Positions 36,074 through 50,190 are shown, counted from the stretch's first letter. The stretch is DNA of 64,000 bases from Mustelus asterias (GCF_964213995.1 NC_135830.1:13578001-13642000); one strand, 5' to 3'. Numbers and translations: made by a program. The notes: generated from the sequence alone by a model not told the origin.

Positions 36074-36664
36074 ATGGAGAAAAGATGGAAATGTGGGGAC
36101 TGTGGGAAGGGATTCCGTTGCCCGTCTGACCTGGAAACTCATCAACGGGTTCACACTGGGGAGAGACCATTCACCTGTTCCACGTGTGGGCAGGGATTTA
36201 GCAAGTCATCCACACTGCAGTCACACCTGCGAGTTCACACTGGAGAGAGGCCATTCATCTGCTCTGTGTGTGGGAAAGGATTCACTCAGTCAACCAACTT
36301 GCTGACACACCATCGAGTTCACACCAGGGAGAGACCATTTACTTGCTCCAAGTGTGGGAAGGGATTCACTCAGTCATCCAACCTGCTAATACACCAGCGA
36401 GTTCACACTGGAGAGAAGTCATTCACCTGCTTTGAGTGTGGGAAGAGATTCACACAGTCATCCAACCTGCTGATACACCAGCGAATTCACACTGGAGAGA
36501 CACCGTTCACCTGCTCTGCATGTGGGAAGGGATTCAGCAGATTATCTATCCTGCAGGAGCACCAGCGCATTCACACCAGGGAGAGGCCATTCACCTGCTC
36601 TGTTTGTGGGCAGAGATTTACTTGGTCCTCCCTCCTGCTGAGACACAGGCGAGTTCACAAGTGA
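36074..36664 (+). CDS. C2H2 zinc-finger protein, 7 fingers
   Basis: GCCATGG Kozak context, [10 protein letters not shown]..., uninterrupted; acceptor near 35711. Confidence 0.88.
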   Translation: MEKRWKCGDCGKGFRCPSDLETHQRVHTGERPFTCSTCGQGFSKSSTLQSHLRVHTGERPFICSVCGKGFTQSTNLLTHHRVHTRERPFTCSKCGKGFTQSSNLLIHQRVHTGEKSFTCFECGKRFTQSSNLLIHQRIHTGETPFTCSACGKGFSRLSILQEHQRIHTRERPFTCSVCGQRFTWSSLLLRHRRVHK

Positions 36665-36954
36665 TTGCATGAGTTGGATTCTGTTGTTGTTCCTGCTGCT
36701 AATCGCATCCAGGACTGAAACATGTTTATTCATACAGGATGTTGATGGGAGGTGTGTGTCTGTAATTGTTTTGAGTGAATTGAAATTATGAGTTGAACCA
36801 TCGAATCCCTATGGTGCAGAAGGAGGCCTTTCGGCCCATCAAATCTGCACTGACTCTTTGGTAAAGGAATCTGTTATTGTTCGTGTTGTTTCCAAGTTAC
36901 CCATTAGTCATGTAGATTTTATACTGGGAAATGACGTAGTTCACAGTATAGTCT

Positions 36955-37400
36955 TTAGAAACAGAGAAAATAGAAAGAGGAGTAGGCCATTCGGCCCATC
37001 GAGCCTGCTCCACTATTCATTTCGATCATAGCTGATCATCAATTTCAATATCCTGATCCCGCCTTCCCCCCCATATCCCTTGCTCCCTTTAGCCCCAAGA
37101 GCTATATCTAATTTCTTCTTGAAATCACACAATGTTTTGGCCTCAACTACTTTCTATGGTAATGAATTCCACAGATTCACCACCCTCTGGGTGAAGATGT
37201 TTCTCTTCACCTCAGTCCAGTTCTGGACTCCCCCACCATCCGGAACATTCTTCCTGAATCTACCCTGTCTAATCCTGTTAGAATTTTATATGTTTCTATG
37301 AGATCCCCTTTCACTTTTCTAAACCCCAATGAATATCATCCTAACCGACTTAATCTCTCCTCATATGACAGACCTGCCATCCCAGGAATCAGCCTGATAA
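36955..37400 (-). mobile_element. CR1 3' fragment
   Basis: CR1 tail hairpin aggccattcggcccatcgag. Confidence 0.8.
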
Positions 37401-37811
37401 ACCACAACCAGGAACAGTTACCATTGTTCAGAAGTTATCCATGAGTAAAAACTCCTCAACGATTTGTATTCCAGTTAAAGAATTGATTCAAATAAAAATG
37501 CTGATGTATCCACCCCAGTAATAGACAAAAGACTTAAGGCCTCATAGTGACTTTGAAGGGTTGTTAACACTAAACATTGAATTAAATGTGCTTGTCAGTG
37601 CTGAGATAATATAGGATATAACAACAGGAGTTCAATCAAATCAACTGTTCACAGTTGATCATTTAAAACCTCAAAATGATGTGGTTTGTAAATTGTGCAG
37701 AAGATTCAATCTATTCATAAAATAAAGATCAAAAATGAAGAAGTTGTTGATATCCCTCTAAAAGAGTTAATAAAATTCATTCTGAATGGCATGAGGAAAA
37801 ACTGAAGGATT

Positions 37812-38107
37812 ACAGAATGTTGGAATTGTGGGAAGGGATTCAAAGCCCCATTTCAACTGGAAATTCACCGACACATCCACACTGGGAAAAGACCTTTTAC
37901 CTGCTTTGAATGTGGGAAGAGATTCACTCAGTCATCACACCTGCAGACACACAAGCGAGTTCATATTGGGGTGAGGCCATTCACCTGCACTGAGTGTGGG
38001 AAGGGATTCAAAGATTCATCTACCCTGTGGACACACCAGCGAGTTCACACCAGGGAGAGACCATTCACCTGCGCTGAATGTGAGAAAGGATTCATTCAGT
38101 TATCCAA
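37812..38107 (+). pseudogene. Zinc-finger fragment (about 3.5 fingers)
   Basis: CWNC, CFEC, CTEC, CAEC fingers; breaks into an opposite-strand ZNF piece. Confidence 0.75.
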
Positions 38108-39181
38108 GATTTCCACGGTTTCTCCATAGTGTTGCTGTCCTTGTGAATCTCCAAGATTGATGATCAACTGAAGCTTCGTCCACACACACACAACACGTAT
38201 ATAGGGATGTCAGGAATAAAAGAATGACTAGGGTAAGATTCGGGCCAATCAAGGACAGTAGTGGGAAGTTGTGTGTGGAGTCTGAAGAGATAGGAGAGGT
38301 GTTAAATGAATATTTTTCGTCAGTATTCACGCAGGAAAAAGACAATGTTGTCGAGGAGAATACTGAAATACAGGCTATTGGACTAGATGGGATTGAGGTT
38401 AATAAGGAGGAGGTGTGAGCAATTCTGGAAAGTGTGAAAATAGATAAGACCCCTGGGCCGGATGGGATTTATCCTAGGATTCTCTGGGAGGCTAGGGAGG
38501 AGATTGCAGAGCCTTTGGCTTTGATCTTTATGTCGTCATTGTCTACAGGAATAGTGCCAGAAGACTGGAGGATAACAAATGTTGTCCCCTTGTTCAAGAA
38601 GGGGAGTAGAGACAACCCTGGTAATTATAGACCAGTGAGCCTTACTTCTGTTGTGGGCAAAGTTTTGGAAAGGATTATAAGAGATAGGATTTATAAACAT
38701 CTAGAAAGGAATAATTTGATTAGGGATAGTCAACACGGTTTTGTGAAGGGTAGGTCGTGCCTCACAAACCTTATTGAGTTCTTTGAGAAGGTGACCAAAG
38801 AGGTGGATGAGGGTAAAGCAGTTGATGTGGTGTATATGGATTTCAGCAAAGCGTTTGGTAAGGTTCCCCATGGTAAGCTATTGCAGAAAATGCGGACGCA
38901 TGGGATTGAGGGTGATTTAGCGGTTTGGATCAGGAATTGGCTAGCTGTAGGAAGACAGAGGGTGGTGTTTGATGGGAAATGTTCATCTTGGAGTTCAGTT
39001 ACTAGTGGTGTATCGCAAGGATCTGTTTTGGGGCCACTGCTGTTTGTCATTTTTATAAATAGAACAGTACAGCACAGAACAGGCCCGTCGGCCCACGATG
39101 TTGTGCCGAGCTTTATCTGAAACCAAGATCAAGCTATCCCACTCCCTATCATCCTGGTGTGCTCCATGTGCCTATCCAATA

Positions 39182-40127
39182 CATAAGACCATAAGACCAT
39201 AAGACATAGGAGCGGAAGTAAGGCCATTCGGCCCATCGAGTCCACTCCACCATTCAATCATGGTTGATTTCAACTCCATTTACCCGCTCTCTCCCCATAG
39301 CCCTTAATTCCTCGAGAAATCAAGAATTTATCAATTTCTGTCTTGAAGACGCTCAACGTCTCGGCCTCCACAGCCCTCTGTGGCAATGAATTCCACAGAC
39401 CCACCACTCTCTGGCTGAAGAAATTTCTCCTCATCTCTGTTCTAAAGTGACTCCCTTTTATTCTAAGGCTGTGCCCCCGCGTCCTAGTCTCCCCTGTTAA
39501 TGGAAACAACTTCCCTACGTCCATCCTATCTAAGCCGTTCATTATCTTGTAAGTTTCTATCAGATCTCCCCTCAACCTCCTAAACTCCAATGAATATAAT
39601 CCCACGATCCTCAGACGTTCATCGTATGTCAGGCCTACCATTCCTGGGATCATCCGTGTGAATCTCCGCTGGACCCGCTCCAGTGCCAGTATGTCCTTCC
39701 TGAGGTGTGGGGCCCAAAATTGCTCACAGTACTCCAAATGGGGCCTAACCAGTGCTTTATAAAGCCTCAGAAGTACATCCCTGCTTTTGTATTCCAAGCC
39801 TCTTGAGATAAATGACAACATTACATTTGCTTTCCTAATTACGGACTCAACCTGCAAGTTTACCTTTAGAGAATCCTGGACTAGGACTCCCAAGTCCCTT
39901 TGCACTTTAGCATTATGAATTTTGTCACCGTTTAGAAAATAGTCCATGCCTCTATTCTTTTTTCCAAAGTGTACGACCTCGCACTTGCCCACGTTGAATT
40001 TCATCAGCCACTTCTTGGACCACTCTCCTAAACTGTCTAAATCTTTCTGCAGCCTCCCCACCTCCTCAATACTACCTGCCCCTCCACCTATCTTTGTATC
40101 ATCGGCAAACTTGGCCAGAATGCTCCC
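39182..40127 (-). mobile_element. Young CR1 3' fragment, open RT frame
   Basis: ORF 39270-40145; (ACCATAAG)n tail; shared part appears identical to 20430-21069. Confidence 0.92.
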
Positions 40128-42135
40128 ATGACCGTGGTGCACCAAAAAAGTTTCTTTGTTGGTTAAAAAGAAAAAGGAGGCTTATGTTCGGATGAGACGT
40201 GAGCACTCGGGTAGTGCACTAGAAAGCTTTAGATTGGCTAAGAGGGAGTTGAAGAGCGAGCTTAGAAGGGCTAAAAGGGGACATGAGAAGACTTTGGCGG
40301 ATAGGGTTAAAGAGAATCCTAAGGCGTTCTATAGGTATGTCAAGAACAGAAGGTTGGTTAGGGCAAGTTTAGGGCCAGTTATAGATGGCAGAGGGAAGTT
40401 ATGTGTGGAACCGGAGGAGATTGGTGAAGCATTGAACCAATATTTCTCTTCGGTGTTCACGCAAGGGGACATGAATATAGCTGAGGAGGACACTGGGTTG
40501 CAAGGGAGTAGAATAGACAGTATTACAGTTGATAAGGAGGATGTGCAGGATATTCTGGAGGGTCTGAAAATAGATAAATCCCCTGGTCCGGATGGGATTT
40601 ATCCAAGGATTCTCTGGGAGGCAAGAGAAGTGATTGCAGAGCCTCTGGCTCTGATCTTCAGGTCGTCGTTGGCCTCTGGTATAGTACCAGAAGATTGGAG
40701 GTTAGCGAATGTTGTCCCATTGTTTAAGAAGGGGAACAGAGACTTCCCCGGGAATTATAGACCGGTGAGTCTCACTTCTGTTGTCGGCAAGATGTTGGAA
40801 AAAATTATAAGGGATAGGATTTATAGTTATTTGGAGAGTAATGAATTGATAGGTGATAGTCAGCATGGTTTTGTGGCAGGTAGGTCGTGCCTTACTAACC
40901 TTATTGAGTTTTTTGAGAAAGTGACCAAGGAGGTGGATGGGGGCAAGGCAGTGGACGTGGTATATATGGATTTTAGTAAGGCGTTTGATAAGGTTCACCA
41001 TGGTAGGCTTCTGCAGAAAATGCAGATGTATGGGATTGGGGGTGATCTAGGAAATTGGATCAGGAATTGGCTAGCGGATAGGAAACAGAGGGTGGTGGTT
41101 GATAGTAAATATTCATCATGGAGTGCGGTTACAAGTGGTGTACCTCAGGGATCTGTTTTGGGGCCACTGCTGTTTGTAATATTTATTAATGATCTGGATG
41201 AGGGTATAGTTGGGTGGATTAGCAAATTTGCTGATGACACCAAAGTCGGTGGTGTGGTAGACAGTGAGGAAGGGTGTCGTAGTTTGCAGGAAGACTTAGA
41301 CAGGTTGCAAAGTTGGGCCGAGAGGTGGCGGATGGAGTTTAACGCGGAGAAGTGTGAGGTAATTCACTTTGGTAGGAATAACAGATGTGTTGAGTATAGG
41401 GCTAACGGGAGGACTTTGAATAGTGTGGAGGAGCAGAGGGATCTAGGTGTATGTGTGCATAGATCCCTGAAAGTTGGGAATCAAGTAGATAAGGTTGTTA
41501 AGAAGGCATATGGTGTCTTGGCGTTTATTGGTAGGGGGATTGAATTTAGGAGTCGTAGCGTTATGTTGCAACTGTACACAACTCTGGTGCGGCCGCACTT
41601 GGAGTACTGTGTGCAGTTCTGGTCCCCACATTACAGGAAGGATGTGGAGGCTTTGGAGAGGGTGCAGAGGAGGTTTACCAGGATGTTGCCTGGTATGGAG
41701 GGGAGATCCTATGAGGAGAGGCTGAGGGATTTGGGATTGTTTTCGCTGGAAAGGCGGCGGCTAAGAGGGGATCTTATTGAAACATATAAGATGATTAGAG
41801 GTTTAGATAGGGTGGATAGTGATAGCCTTTTTCCTCTGATGGAGAAATCCAGCACGAGGGGGCATGGCTTTAAATTGAGGGGGGGTAGTTATAGAACCGA
41901 TGTCAGGGGTAGGTTCTTTACCCAGAGGGTGGTGAGGGATTGGAATGCCCTGCCAGCATCAGTAGTAAATGCGCCTAGTTTGGGGGCGTTTAAGAGATCC
42001 GTAGATAGGTTCATGGACGAAAAGAAATTGGTTTAGGTTGGAGGGTCACAGTTTTTTTTTTTTTTTAACTGGTCGGTGCAACATCGTGGGCCGAAGGGCC
42101 TGTTCTGCGCTGTAATGTTCTATGTTCTATGTTCT
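40128..42135 (+). mobile_element. Young 5'-truncated CR1, 626-codon open RT domain
   Basis: NYRPVSLTS, QHGF, DFSKAFD, GVPQGSVLGP, FADD; (ATGTTCT)n tail; no endonuclease. Confidence 0.95.
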
Positions 42136-42860
42136 ATGACCTGGATGAGGGCGTAGAAGGATGGGTTAGTAAATTTGCGGATGACACTAAAGTCGGTGGA
42201 GTTGTGGACAGTGCGGAAGGTTGTTGCAGGTTACAGAGGGACATAGATAAGCTGCAGAGCTGGGCTGAGAGGTGGCAAATGGAGTTCAATGTGGAAAAGT
42301 GTGAGGTGATTCACTTTGGAAGGAGTAACAGGATTACAGAGTACTGGGCTAATGGTAAGATACTTGGTAGTGTGGATGAACAGAGAGATCTCGGTGTCCA
42401 TGTGCATAGATCCCTGAAAGTTGGCATCCAGGTTGATCGGGTTGTTAAGAAGGCGTATGGAGTGTTAGCTTTTATTGGTAGAGGGATTGAGTTTTGGAGT
42501 CAGGAGGTCATGTTGCAGCTGTACAAAACTCTGGTGCAGCCGTACTTGGAGTATTGCGTACAATTCTGGACGCCACATTATAGGAAGGATGTGGAAGCAT
42601 TGGAAAGGGTGCAGAGCAGATTTACCAGGATGTTGCCTGGTATGGTGGGAAGGTCTTATGAGGAAAGGCTGAGGGACTTGAGGTTGTTTTCATTAGAAAG
42701 AAGAAGGTTAAGAGGTGACTTAATAGAGGCATACAAGATGATCAGAGGATTAGATAGGGTGGACAGTGAGAGCCTTTTTCCTCAGATGGTGATAGCTAGC
42801 ACGAGGGGACATAGCTTTAAATTGAGGGGTGATAGATATAGGACAGATGTCAGAGGTAGG

Positions 42861-43116
42861 TGTGGTAAACCACTGTTATATGTTATCTGTAGTGGTTAAC
42901 CACCGTAGTTAGTATTTCTCAGTACCTGTATATGTGGCACATCCCTGTTGGTTCCGCCCAAGTCTCCTCCCCCTGGTCTGGGTATAAAGGCGGTGGCTCC
43001 ACCCCCCTTGCTCTCAGTTCAGACCAGATCACCGACAGGGATGGCTCCAAGTTCTTGCCAATAAAAGCCTATTTGTCTTGCTCACAACTAGTCTCGGCTC
43101 GATTGATAGTGCATCA
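42861..43116 (+). mobile_element. Solo LTR (256 bp)
   Basis: TG...CA ends, GTAGG 5-bp TSD (42856-42860, 43117-43121), internal TATAAA and AATAAA. Confidence 0.9.
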
Positions 43117-43639
43117 GTAGGTTCTTCACTCAGAGTAGTAAGGGCGTGGAATGCGCTGCCTGCAGCAGTAGTGGACTCGCCAACATTAAGGGCATTTAAA
43201 CGGTCATTGGATAAACATATGGATGATATTGGATTGTGTAGGTTAGATGGGCTTTAGATTGGTTTCATTGGTCGGCGCAACACCGAGGGCTGAAGGGCCT
43301 GTACTGCGCTGTAATGTTCTATGTACGTGTATGGTTTCTCCTCACTGTGAATGGTGTGATGTATTTTCAGGCTGTGTAACTGGTTAAAGCTCTTTCCACA
43401 GTCAGGTCAGGTCACTCGGATACGTGTGTATCGGTGCTTTTCCAGTCACACTGCTGTTTAGAACCTTCTGAAGCAGACAGAACACCATTTCTTTATACAC
43501 ACTTTCTTCATACACACTCATATAATGATTCAATCAACCTCCTCCATCTGTACACACTTCAGTTCAATTCTAGACTGAAAGACCAATGATATTCAGGTCC
43601 TTTTAAATGGAGTGAAATTGTCAGGTCTTGACGTGACAT

Positions 43640-45195
43640 GCATCCCAGGGTACTGAAATAAATGTCAGAGGTAATAGTGGATGCGGTAGTGGTTATTTAT
43701 CAAAATTCGTTGGATTCTGGGGTAGTGCCGGCGGATTGGAAAACGGCTAATGTTACGCTGCTGTTTAAAAAAGGAAATAGACAAAAGGTGGGTAACTACA
43801 GGCCGGTAGCTTAATGTCTGTAGTTGGGAAAATGCTGGAATCCATCATTAAAGAAGAAATAGCAGGCCATCTGGATACGAATGGTTCGATTAAGCAGATG
43901 CAGCATGGATTCATGAGGGGAAAGTCGTGCTTGACGAACTTGTTGGATTTTTATGAAGATGTGACTAGTGCGGTTGACGGTGGGGAACCGGTGGATGTGG
44001 TGTTTTTGGATTTTCAAAAGGCGTTTGATAAGGTGCCTCACAAAAGGTTGCTGAAGAAGATTGGGTCACACGGAATTGGGGGTTGGGTGTTAGCGTGGAT
44101 TGGGGATTGGCTATCCGACAGGAAGCAGAGAGTCGGAATAAATGGGTACTTTTCTGGTTGGCGGATGGTAACTAGTGGCATGCCGCAGGGATCGGTACTG
44201 GGGCCTCAACTATTTTCCATTTATATAGACGATCTGGAGGAGGGGACTGAGTGTAGGGTAACAAAGTTTGCAGACGACACAAAGATAAGTGGAAAAGTGA
44301 ATCGTGTGGAGGGCGTAGAAGGTCTGCAGAGAGATTTGGACAGGCTGAGTGAGTGGGCGAGGATCTGGCAGATGGAGTATAACGTTGACAAATGTGAGGT
44401 TATTCACTTTGGAGGAAATAATAGCAAATTGGATTATCTAAATGGAAAGAAAATTACAACACGCTGCTGTGCAAAGGGACCTGGGGGTCCTTGTGCATGA
44501 GACGCAAAAACCCAGTCTGCAGGTGCAACAGGTGATCAAGAAGGCAAATGGGATGTTGGCCTATATCGCAAGGGGGATAGAATCTAAAAGCAGGGATGTC
44601 TTGCTGCATCTGTACAGGGCATTGGTGAGGCCGCAGCTGGAGTACTGTGTGCAGTATTGGTCCCCTTATTTGCGGAAGGATATATTGGCCTTGGAGGGAG
44701 TGCAGAGAAGGTTCACCAGGTTGATACCGGAGATGAGGGGTGTTGATTATGAGGAGAGACTGAGCAGATTGGGTTTGTACTCGTTGGAATTTAGAAGGCT
44801 GAGGGGGGGATCTTATAGAGACCTATAAGATAATGAAGGGGCTGGATAGGGTAGAGGTGGAGAGATTCTTTCCACTTAGAAAGGAAGCTAGAACTAGAGG
44901 GCAAAGCCTCAAAACAAAGGGGGGTCAGTTTAGGACAGAGTTGAGGAGGAACTTCTTCTCTCAGAAGGGTGGTGAATCTCTGGAATTGTCTGCCCACTGA
45001 AGTGGTGGAGGCTACCTCGTTGAATATGTTTAAATCACGGATAGATGGATTCCTGATTGGTAAGGGAATTAGGGTTATGGGGATCAGGCGGGTAAGTGGA
45101 ACTGATCCACTTCAGATCAGCCATGATCTTATTGAATGGCGGGGCAGGCTCGAGGGGCTAGATGGCCTAATCCTGCTTCTATTTCTTATGTTCTT
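43640..45195 (+). mobile_element. CR1 RT fragment, frameshifted; followed by HE1 SINE 3' half (45196-45345)
   Basis: ORFs 43814-44500, 44442-44828. Confidence 0.9.
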
Positions 45196-45759
45196 AAATT
45201 GCCCCTTAGTGTCGTGGGATGCATAGGTTAGAGGGGTTAGTGGGTAAATATGTAGGGATATGTGGATAGGGCCTGGCTGGGACTGTGGTCGGTGCAGACT
45301 CGATGGGCTGAATGGCCTCTTTCTGCACTGTAGGATTCTATGATCTCTATGATTTGGTTTTGAGATTTCTGTCTGCAAATCTTCTCCTTCTCAAAACCTG
45401 TAAAAGGAATTTACAAAAGTCATCCCTGTCAATACAGGAGAGAAATTCAGAATACACAATTCCATTTTCAGTTAAATATTGTTTCCTCTCTTGTTTACCA
45501 AAAGCTGCAAATCTCAATCACACACATTCCCCCTACTCTCACTCTGCCGTACCTGATTTCACCCTCCCAATTCTCCTGAAGATGCTGATTGATGCTGACT
45601 GACAGACCCATGCTCACTGCTTCCTGACCTGGAGACCTGAAAACCTTGTTGCAGACTGCTAGACTAAATACAAACACAGAGGTACAGATTCTGGAGGAAA
45701 ACATATGTTTAATAAACACTGCTGCATTACTTGATCAGAGATTGTCAGAGAGGACTTGA

Positions 45760-46172
45760 TCAGAGAGGTCGGGAATGTAGTCCAATCCATCACGCAACCC
45801 AGTCTCCCATCCATTAACTCAGTCTACACTTCCCACCGCCTCAGCAAAGCAGTCAGCGTAATTAAAGACCTCACGCACCCTGGACATTCCCCCTTCCACT
45901 TTCTTCCATCAGGAACAAGATACAAAAGTCTGAGGTCACGTACCAAATGATTCAAGAACAGCTTCTTCCCTGCTGTCAACAGACTTTTGAATGGACCAAC
46001 CTTGCATTAGGTTGATCTTTCTCTAAACCCTAGCTATGACTGTAACACTACACTCTGCACTCTCTCCTTTCCTTCTCTATGAACGGTATGCTTTGTCTGT
46101 ATAGTGCGCAAGAAGCAATACTTCTCACTGTATACTAAGACATGTGACAATAATAAATCAAATCAAATCAAA
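45760..46172 (+). mobile_element. Rex1/Babar LINE 3' end (another, minus, ~47668-47875)
   Basis: IKDLTHPGHSPFHFLPSGTRYKSL motif; (AATCA)n tail. Confidence 0.75.
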
Positions 46173-46916
46173 AAAGATTCACGACCAGGTCATTAAGAAC
46201 TTCATTGAGGTGCTGAGTGTTCACAAACACAAACTCGCTGTTTATGAGAATGGTGGAATTAGAGATGATCCAAGATTTCAAACTGAACTGGCTGGACATT
46301 GGAGGAAATAATCTTGTGAGATACAGGGGTACAGAGGGAGAATGGGACTGACTAGATTGCTCTACAGAGGGTCAGCACGGACTCGAATGGACATATTCTG
46401 TGCTGTAATGGATCAATGACTGGAAAGGTATGTCACGACAGTGCTATATTACAAACTTGAAATAACAATAAATGAAATTTATCACAGAACCATAAATAAT
46501 ATATCTAATATGCATCTAATAGCAAAATTAGACATAACTCTGTCCCACATAAAATTACTGCCCCACAAAGAATCATAAATTTACACCAGATTACACCAAA
46601 CATACCCATATCTGTCATACCTTATTACATTGTCCCCTTAAATGTCAACCATCTCCTGGGGAAACCAGCCTTTAATTGTGAACATTGGGAAAGATGCCAC
46701 CGTTTTAGCCAGACAAATAAATGTGTGAAGCTGAGGGAGTTAAAGAATGTCAATATCTTTAAGAGAGAGAGAGACCTGGGCCAACCTTTCCAGAGTCTGC
46801 AGCCTCCCTGGATTCACTTCCTTTCCCTTCAGTTGCTGCAAGTCCCCAATTTCCCCCAGAATGAGAAAAGAAATGGAAAGGGGGAGAAAAGAAAGTGTTT
46901 TACTCACAGATGTTGG

Positions 46917-47182
46917 CCTCTTTTAAGGTCAAACCAAATAAACAAACTCAAGTTAAGTCAGGACAAAGTAAAAGGGGCAGCTCCCCAAAAGGAGGGGGAA
47001 CAGCCCGAACAAAAATCAAAGTACAAAGGAAACTTAAAAACATCAAATTAAAATGTGATTATTAGGGTTGATAACGCACCCCAACCCCTGCGGTGCCCAG
47101 CGGGCGCGGAAGGTGTCAACTGCGCCCGTGGACACCGCATGCTCCCTCTCCAGGGACACCCGGCCGCGAACGTAGCCGCGGT
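46917..47182 (-). mobile_element. Tx1 3' end
   Basis: Homologous to 25310-25573; abuts ACTCACAGATGTTGG (46902-46916). Confidence 0.9.
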
Positions 47183-48123
47183 TGTGGCGACAGATGGAAG
47201 TTTCAGTCGGTCTGAAACTCAAACCTCATTATCACAAAGCGCGCGCTCTGGTTGGCTGGATGACCAGCGGCCTTTTGGTCCTCCAAGCCCTTCCATTGGT
47301 CAACACCTCAGCAGGGTTCAGAAACATTTCTGCATGTGCGCAGATTGATCCCTTGGACATGCGCAGATTCGAGCCGCCCGGTTGATAGAGCGACTTCCCC
47401 AACGCGGGGCATTGTGGGCGATGCAGCCGCCATTACTGTACCAGACCACAGTCTCCAAACTCCTGGGATTGGGATAAAAGGTGGCGGTGGCAGTGACTGC
47501 ACCCTGACACAAGGCACAAGTGGGTAGTCACAAGCTTATATATTGACGCCTACTTAGCAAAACAGTTCACCTTCAGGCATATAGATTGACATTTTTGGGT
47601 AACAAACTAGGGAGGGCAAGAGGTAGGCTGAAATTTAAACTGAGAATTAGCACATAAAGCGGAGAAGAATTGATTTGATTCATTATTGTCACACGTATTA
47701 GGATAGTGAAAAGTATTGTTTCTTGCACGCTATACTGACAACACCATTCAGAGTACATAGGGAGAAGGAAAGGAGAGGGTGCAGAACGTAATGTTACAGT
47801 CATTGCTGGGGTTTTGAGAAAGATTAATTTAATGTCTGGTAGGTCCATTCAAAAATCTGATGGCAGCAGGGAAGGGAATTGAAAAAAAAAGCAGGAGGAA
47901 TAGAAAAGGATGAATTAGTGGATGAATCAACAGAGAGGAAGGTGTGTGTGAGGGGACAGAGATTTATAGTTTGGGTGGGAGAAACATGCCTAATGATAAC
48001 CAGAATTGTCAGTTCTGAATTTTTATCCTGTACTGACAGTGATGACTTGATAACTTCAACCCTGTCGCATCCATTCATAATCTCGATCAGGTCAGCACTC
48101 AGCCTTGGCTTTTCCAGAGAATA

Positions 48124-48460
48124 GGGCGGCATGGTGGCACAGTGGCTAGCATTACTACCTCACAGCACCAGGAACCCAGGCCTTGGGTGACTGTCTGTGG
48201 GATATGCACATTTGTCTCTTGCCTGCCTGTGTGGGTTTCCTCCAGGTCTCCAATTTTCTTCCACAGTCCAAAGATGTGTAGGTTAGTTGAATTGGCCATA
48301 GTGAATTGCCCCTTAGTGTCCAAAGATGTGTAGATTAGGGGATTAGCAGGGTGAATACATGGGGTTACGGGGATAGGGCATGAGGTAGATGCATCATCGG
48401 AGAGTCAGTGCAGACTCAATGGGACTCCTTCTGCACTGTTGGGATCGATGATTCTATGAA
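48124..48460 (+). mobile_element. HE1-type SINE
   Basis: Head and tail recognisable. Confidence 0.8.
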
Positions 48461-50190
48461 AACATCCCCAACTTGTTTAATCTCTCCATTAACTTGAAAA
48501 CACTCTCAGTTCTGGTATAATTCTTGTGAACTTTCTTGCATCATCTCGAGATTCTCTGTCAAGTTTAATGGGCAGACAATTAAAATTTAGATTCAGTTTA
48601 ACTTGGTTGCTTGAGCCTAATTACTCAGTTCCAGACTGACTCTAAAACACTTCAGTTCAAAAGAGAGTTTACCATCAGGCAAGACAGGACTCTGAAATGG
48701 CAAATAATAACAATGTTTATTTAAAAGAAAAAGATTTACCTGTGAAATACACGAGGAAGTTTCACCACCTCAATTGGGGGATCACCCCAGGTAAAAGTGT
48801 GAATGTTCCTGAGGTTCCTGAACTAACAGTAACTTCCCAAAATCCTGCCCCAGGGGAACTCAGTATCTCCACGAATAGAGCTCAACTTGTAAACACAAGA
48901 TGGTTCTTGAAACAGACCTTTAACTCTTTAAGCAGCATTACCTCATCTCCAATACATTCATAGAATCATAGAGTGCAGAAGAGGCCCTTCAGCCCATCGA
49001 GTCTGCACCAACACACGAGAAACACCTGAACTCCCATCTAATCACATCTATCAGCACTTCGCCCATAGCCAGCGATTCATATTAAGATCACTGCTACTTA
49101 GAGATGCTTTCACTGTGAAGTCATCAATTAATCCCGTCTTGTTGTATAATACCAGTGCGAGTGAAGCCTGCTTTCAAACATACTCTTCCCAGAAACTATC
49201 CCCAAAACATTCTATGAACTCCTCATCTACATGACCTTTGTCCAGCTGACTTTCCCAGTTTATAGATTAAAATCCCTCTTGATTATTGCCGTAGCTTTAC
49301 CACAAACTGCCATTACCTTTTCCTTTGTACTCTGTCCTACCGTGTCGTTACAGTTAGAAAGCCTGTCCATCACTCACTCCCACAAGTGAATTTTGCCTTT
49401 ACCATTTCCCCATCTCAAACCAAACCACTCCATCATCCTGGTTTCTGAACTTAGGTCATCCCTCTCTAATGTGCTAATACTGCCAATAATCAACAGAGAC
49501 ACCCTTCCACCTTTTCCCAGACTCCTGTCCCTCCTAAATGTCACATACACATATTTAGCTCACCAGTGACTTCTCAGGGGCAATTAGTGGTGGGCAATAA
49601 ATGCTGGGTGAGCCGGCGACTCCTACATCCCATGAATGAATAGGAACAAATTCAGGCCCCACTCTATGTCTCTCTAATGGTTATCAACTCATAATTCTTT
49701 CCTTATATTTGTGCTGCAGTCAGTTCATCAGTTGTGTTTCAAAAGCTACGTGTGTTTAGATGCAGAGCCTTTAGTTTTGTCCCTTTAATATTTTTGTAGC
49801 GTCTAACCACATCTACTGATGTAATCTATAATTTGCTCTTTCATTATCTTCCTGTCACAGTCTGTTTATCATTTCCCAAATTCTTACCTTTCTCTCATTC
49901 CTTACTCTTTCGTTTGCCATATCTTCCAAAACGTATCAGAAAAGAACCAACAATGGAACAGTCGGCAACAGGACATCAATCAGTCTCCTCTTACCTTAGA
50001 GAAATCAAGGACGCAAACATGTGTGATTGACACAAAGTTGATTTAATCTATAGCCAGAATCTTAAACTCCAGTGTAGTTACAAGGATTATTAACTTCAAC
50101 TTCAACCGAAACAACCTCTAACTGTCAGAATGAGCATGGTTCAGTCTTGTGATTAACAGCAGCAATAAAAGCAGAAACCAACTCCTGTAA

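Larger units (their letters stand above)
38200..43323 (+). mobile_element. CR1 LINE (RT; ~38200-39060, ~42136-42860, 43117-43323) hosting nested insertions
   Basis: ORFs 38434-39120 and 42129-42899 join at FIN|DLDEG. Confidence 0.9.
38108..45635 (-). pseudogene. Zinc-finger gene remnant (pieces ~38108-38199, ~43324-43635, ~45350-45635) split by TE insertions
   Basis: Pieces colinear with intact paralogue 51110-51460 and the small upstream exon. Confidence 0.75.

Noticed and set aside
40156-42036. Domesticated reverse transcriptase gene
   Set aside because: 5'-truncated, non-ATG start, intact CR1 tail; simply a young insertion
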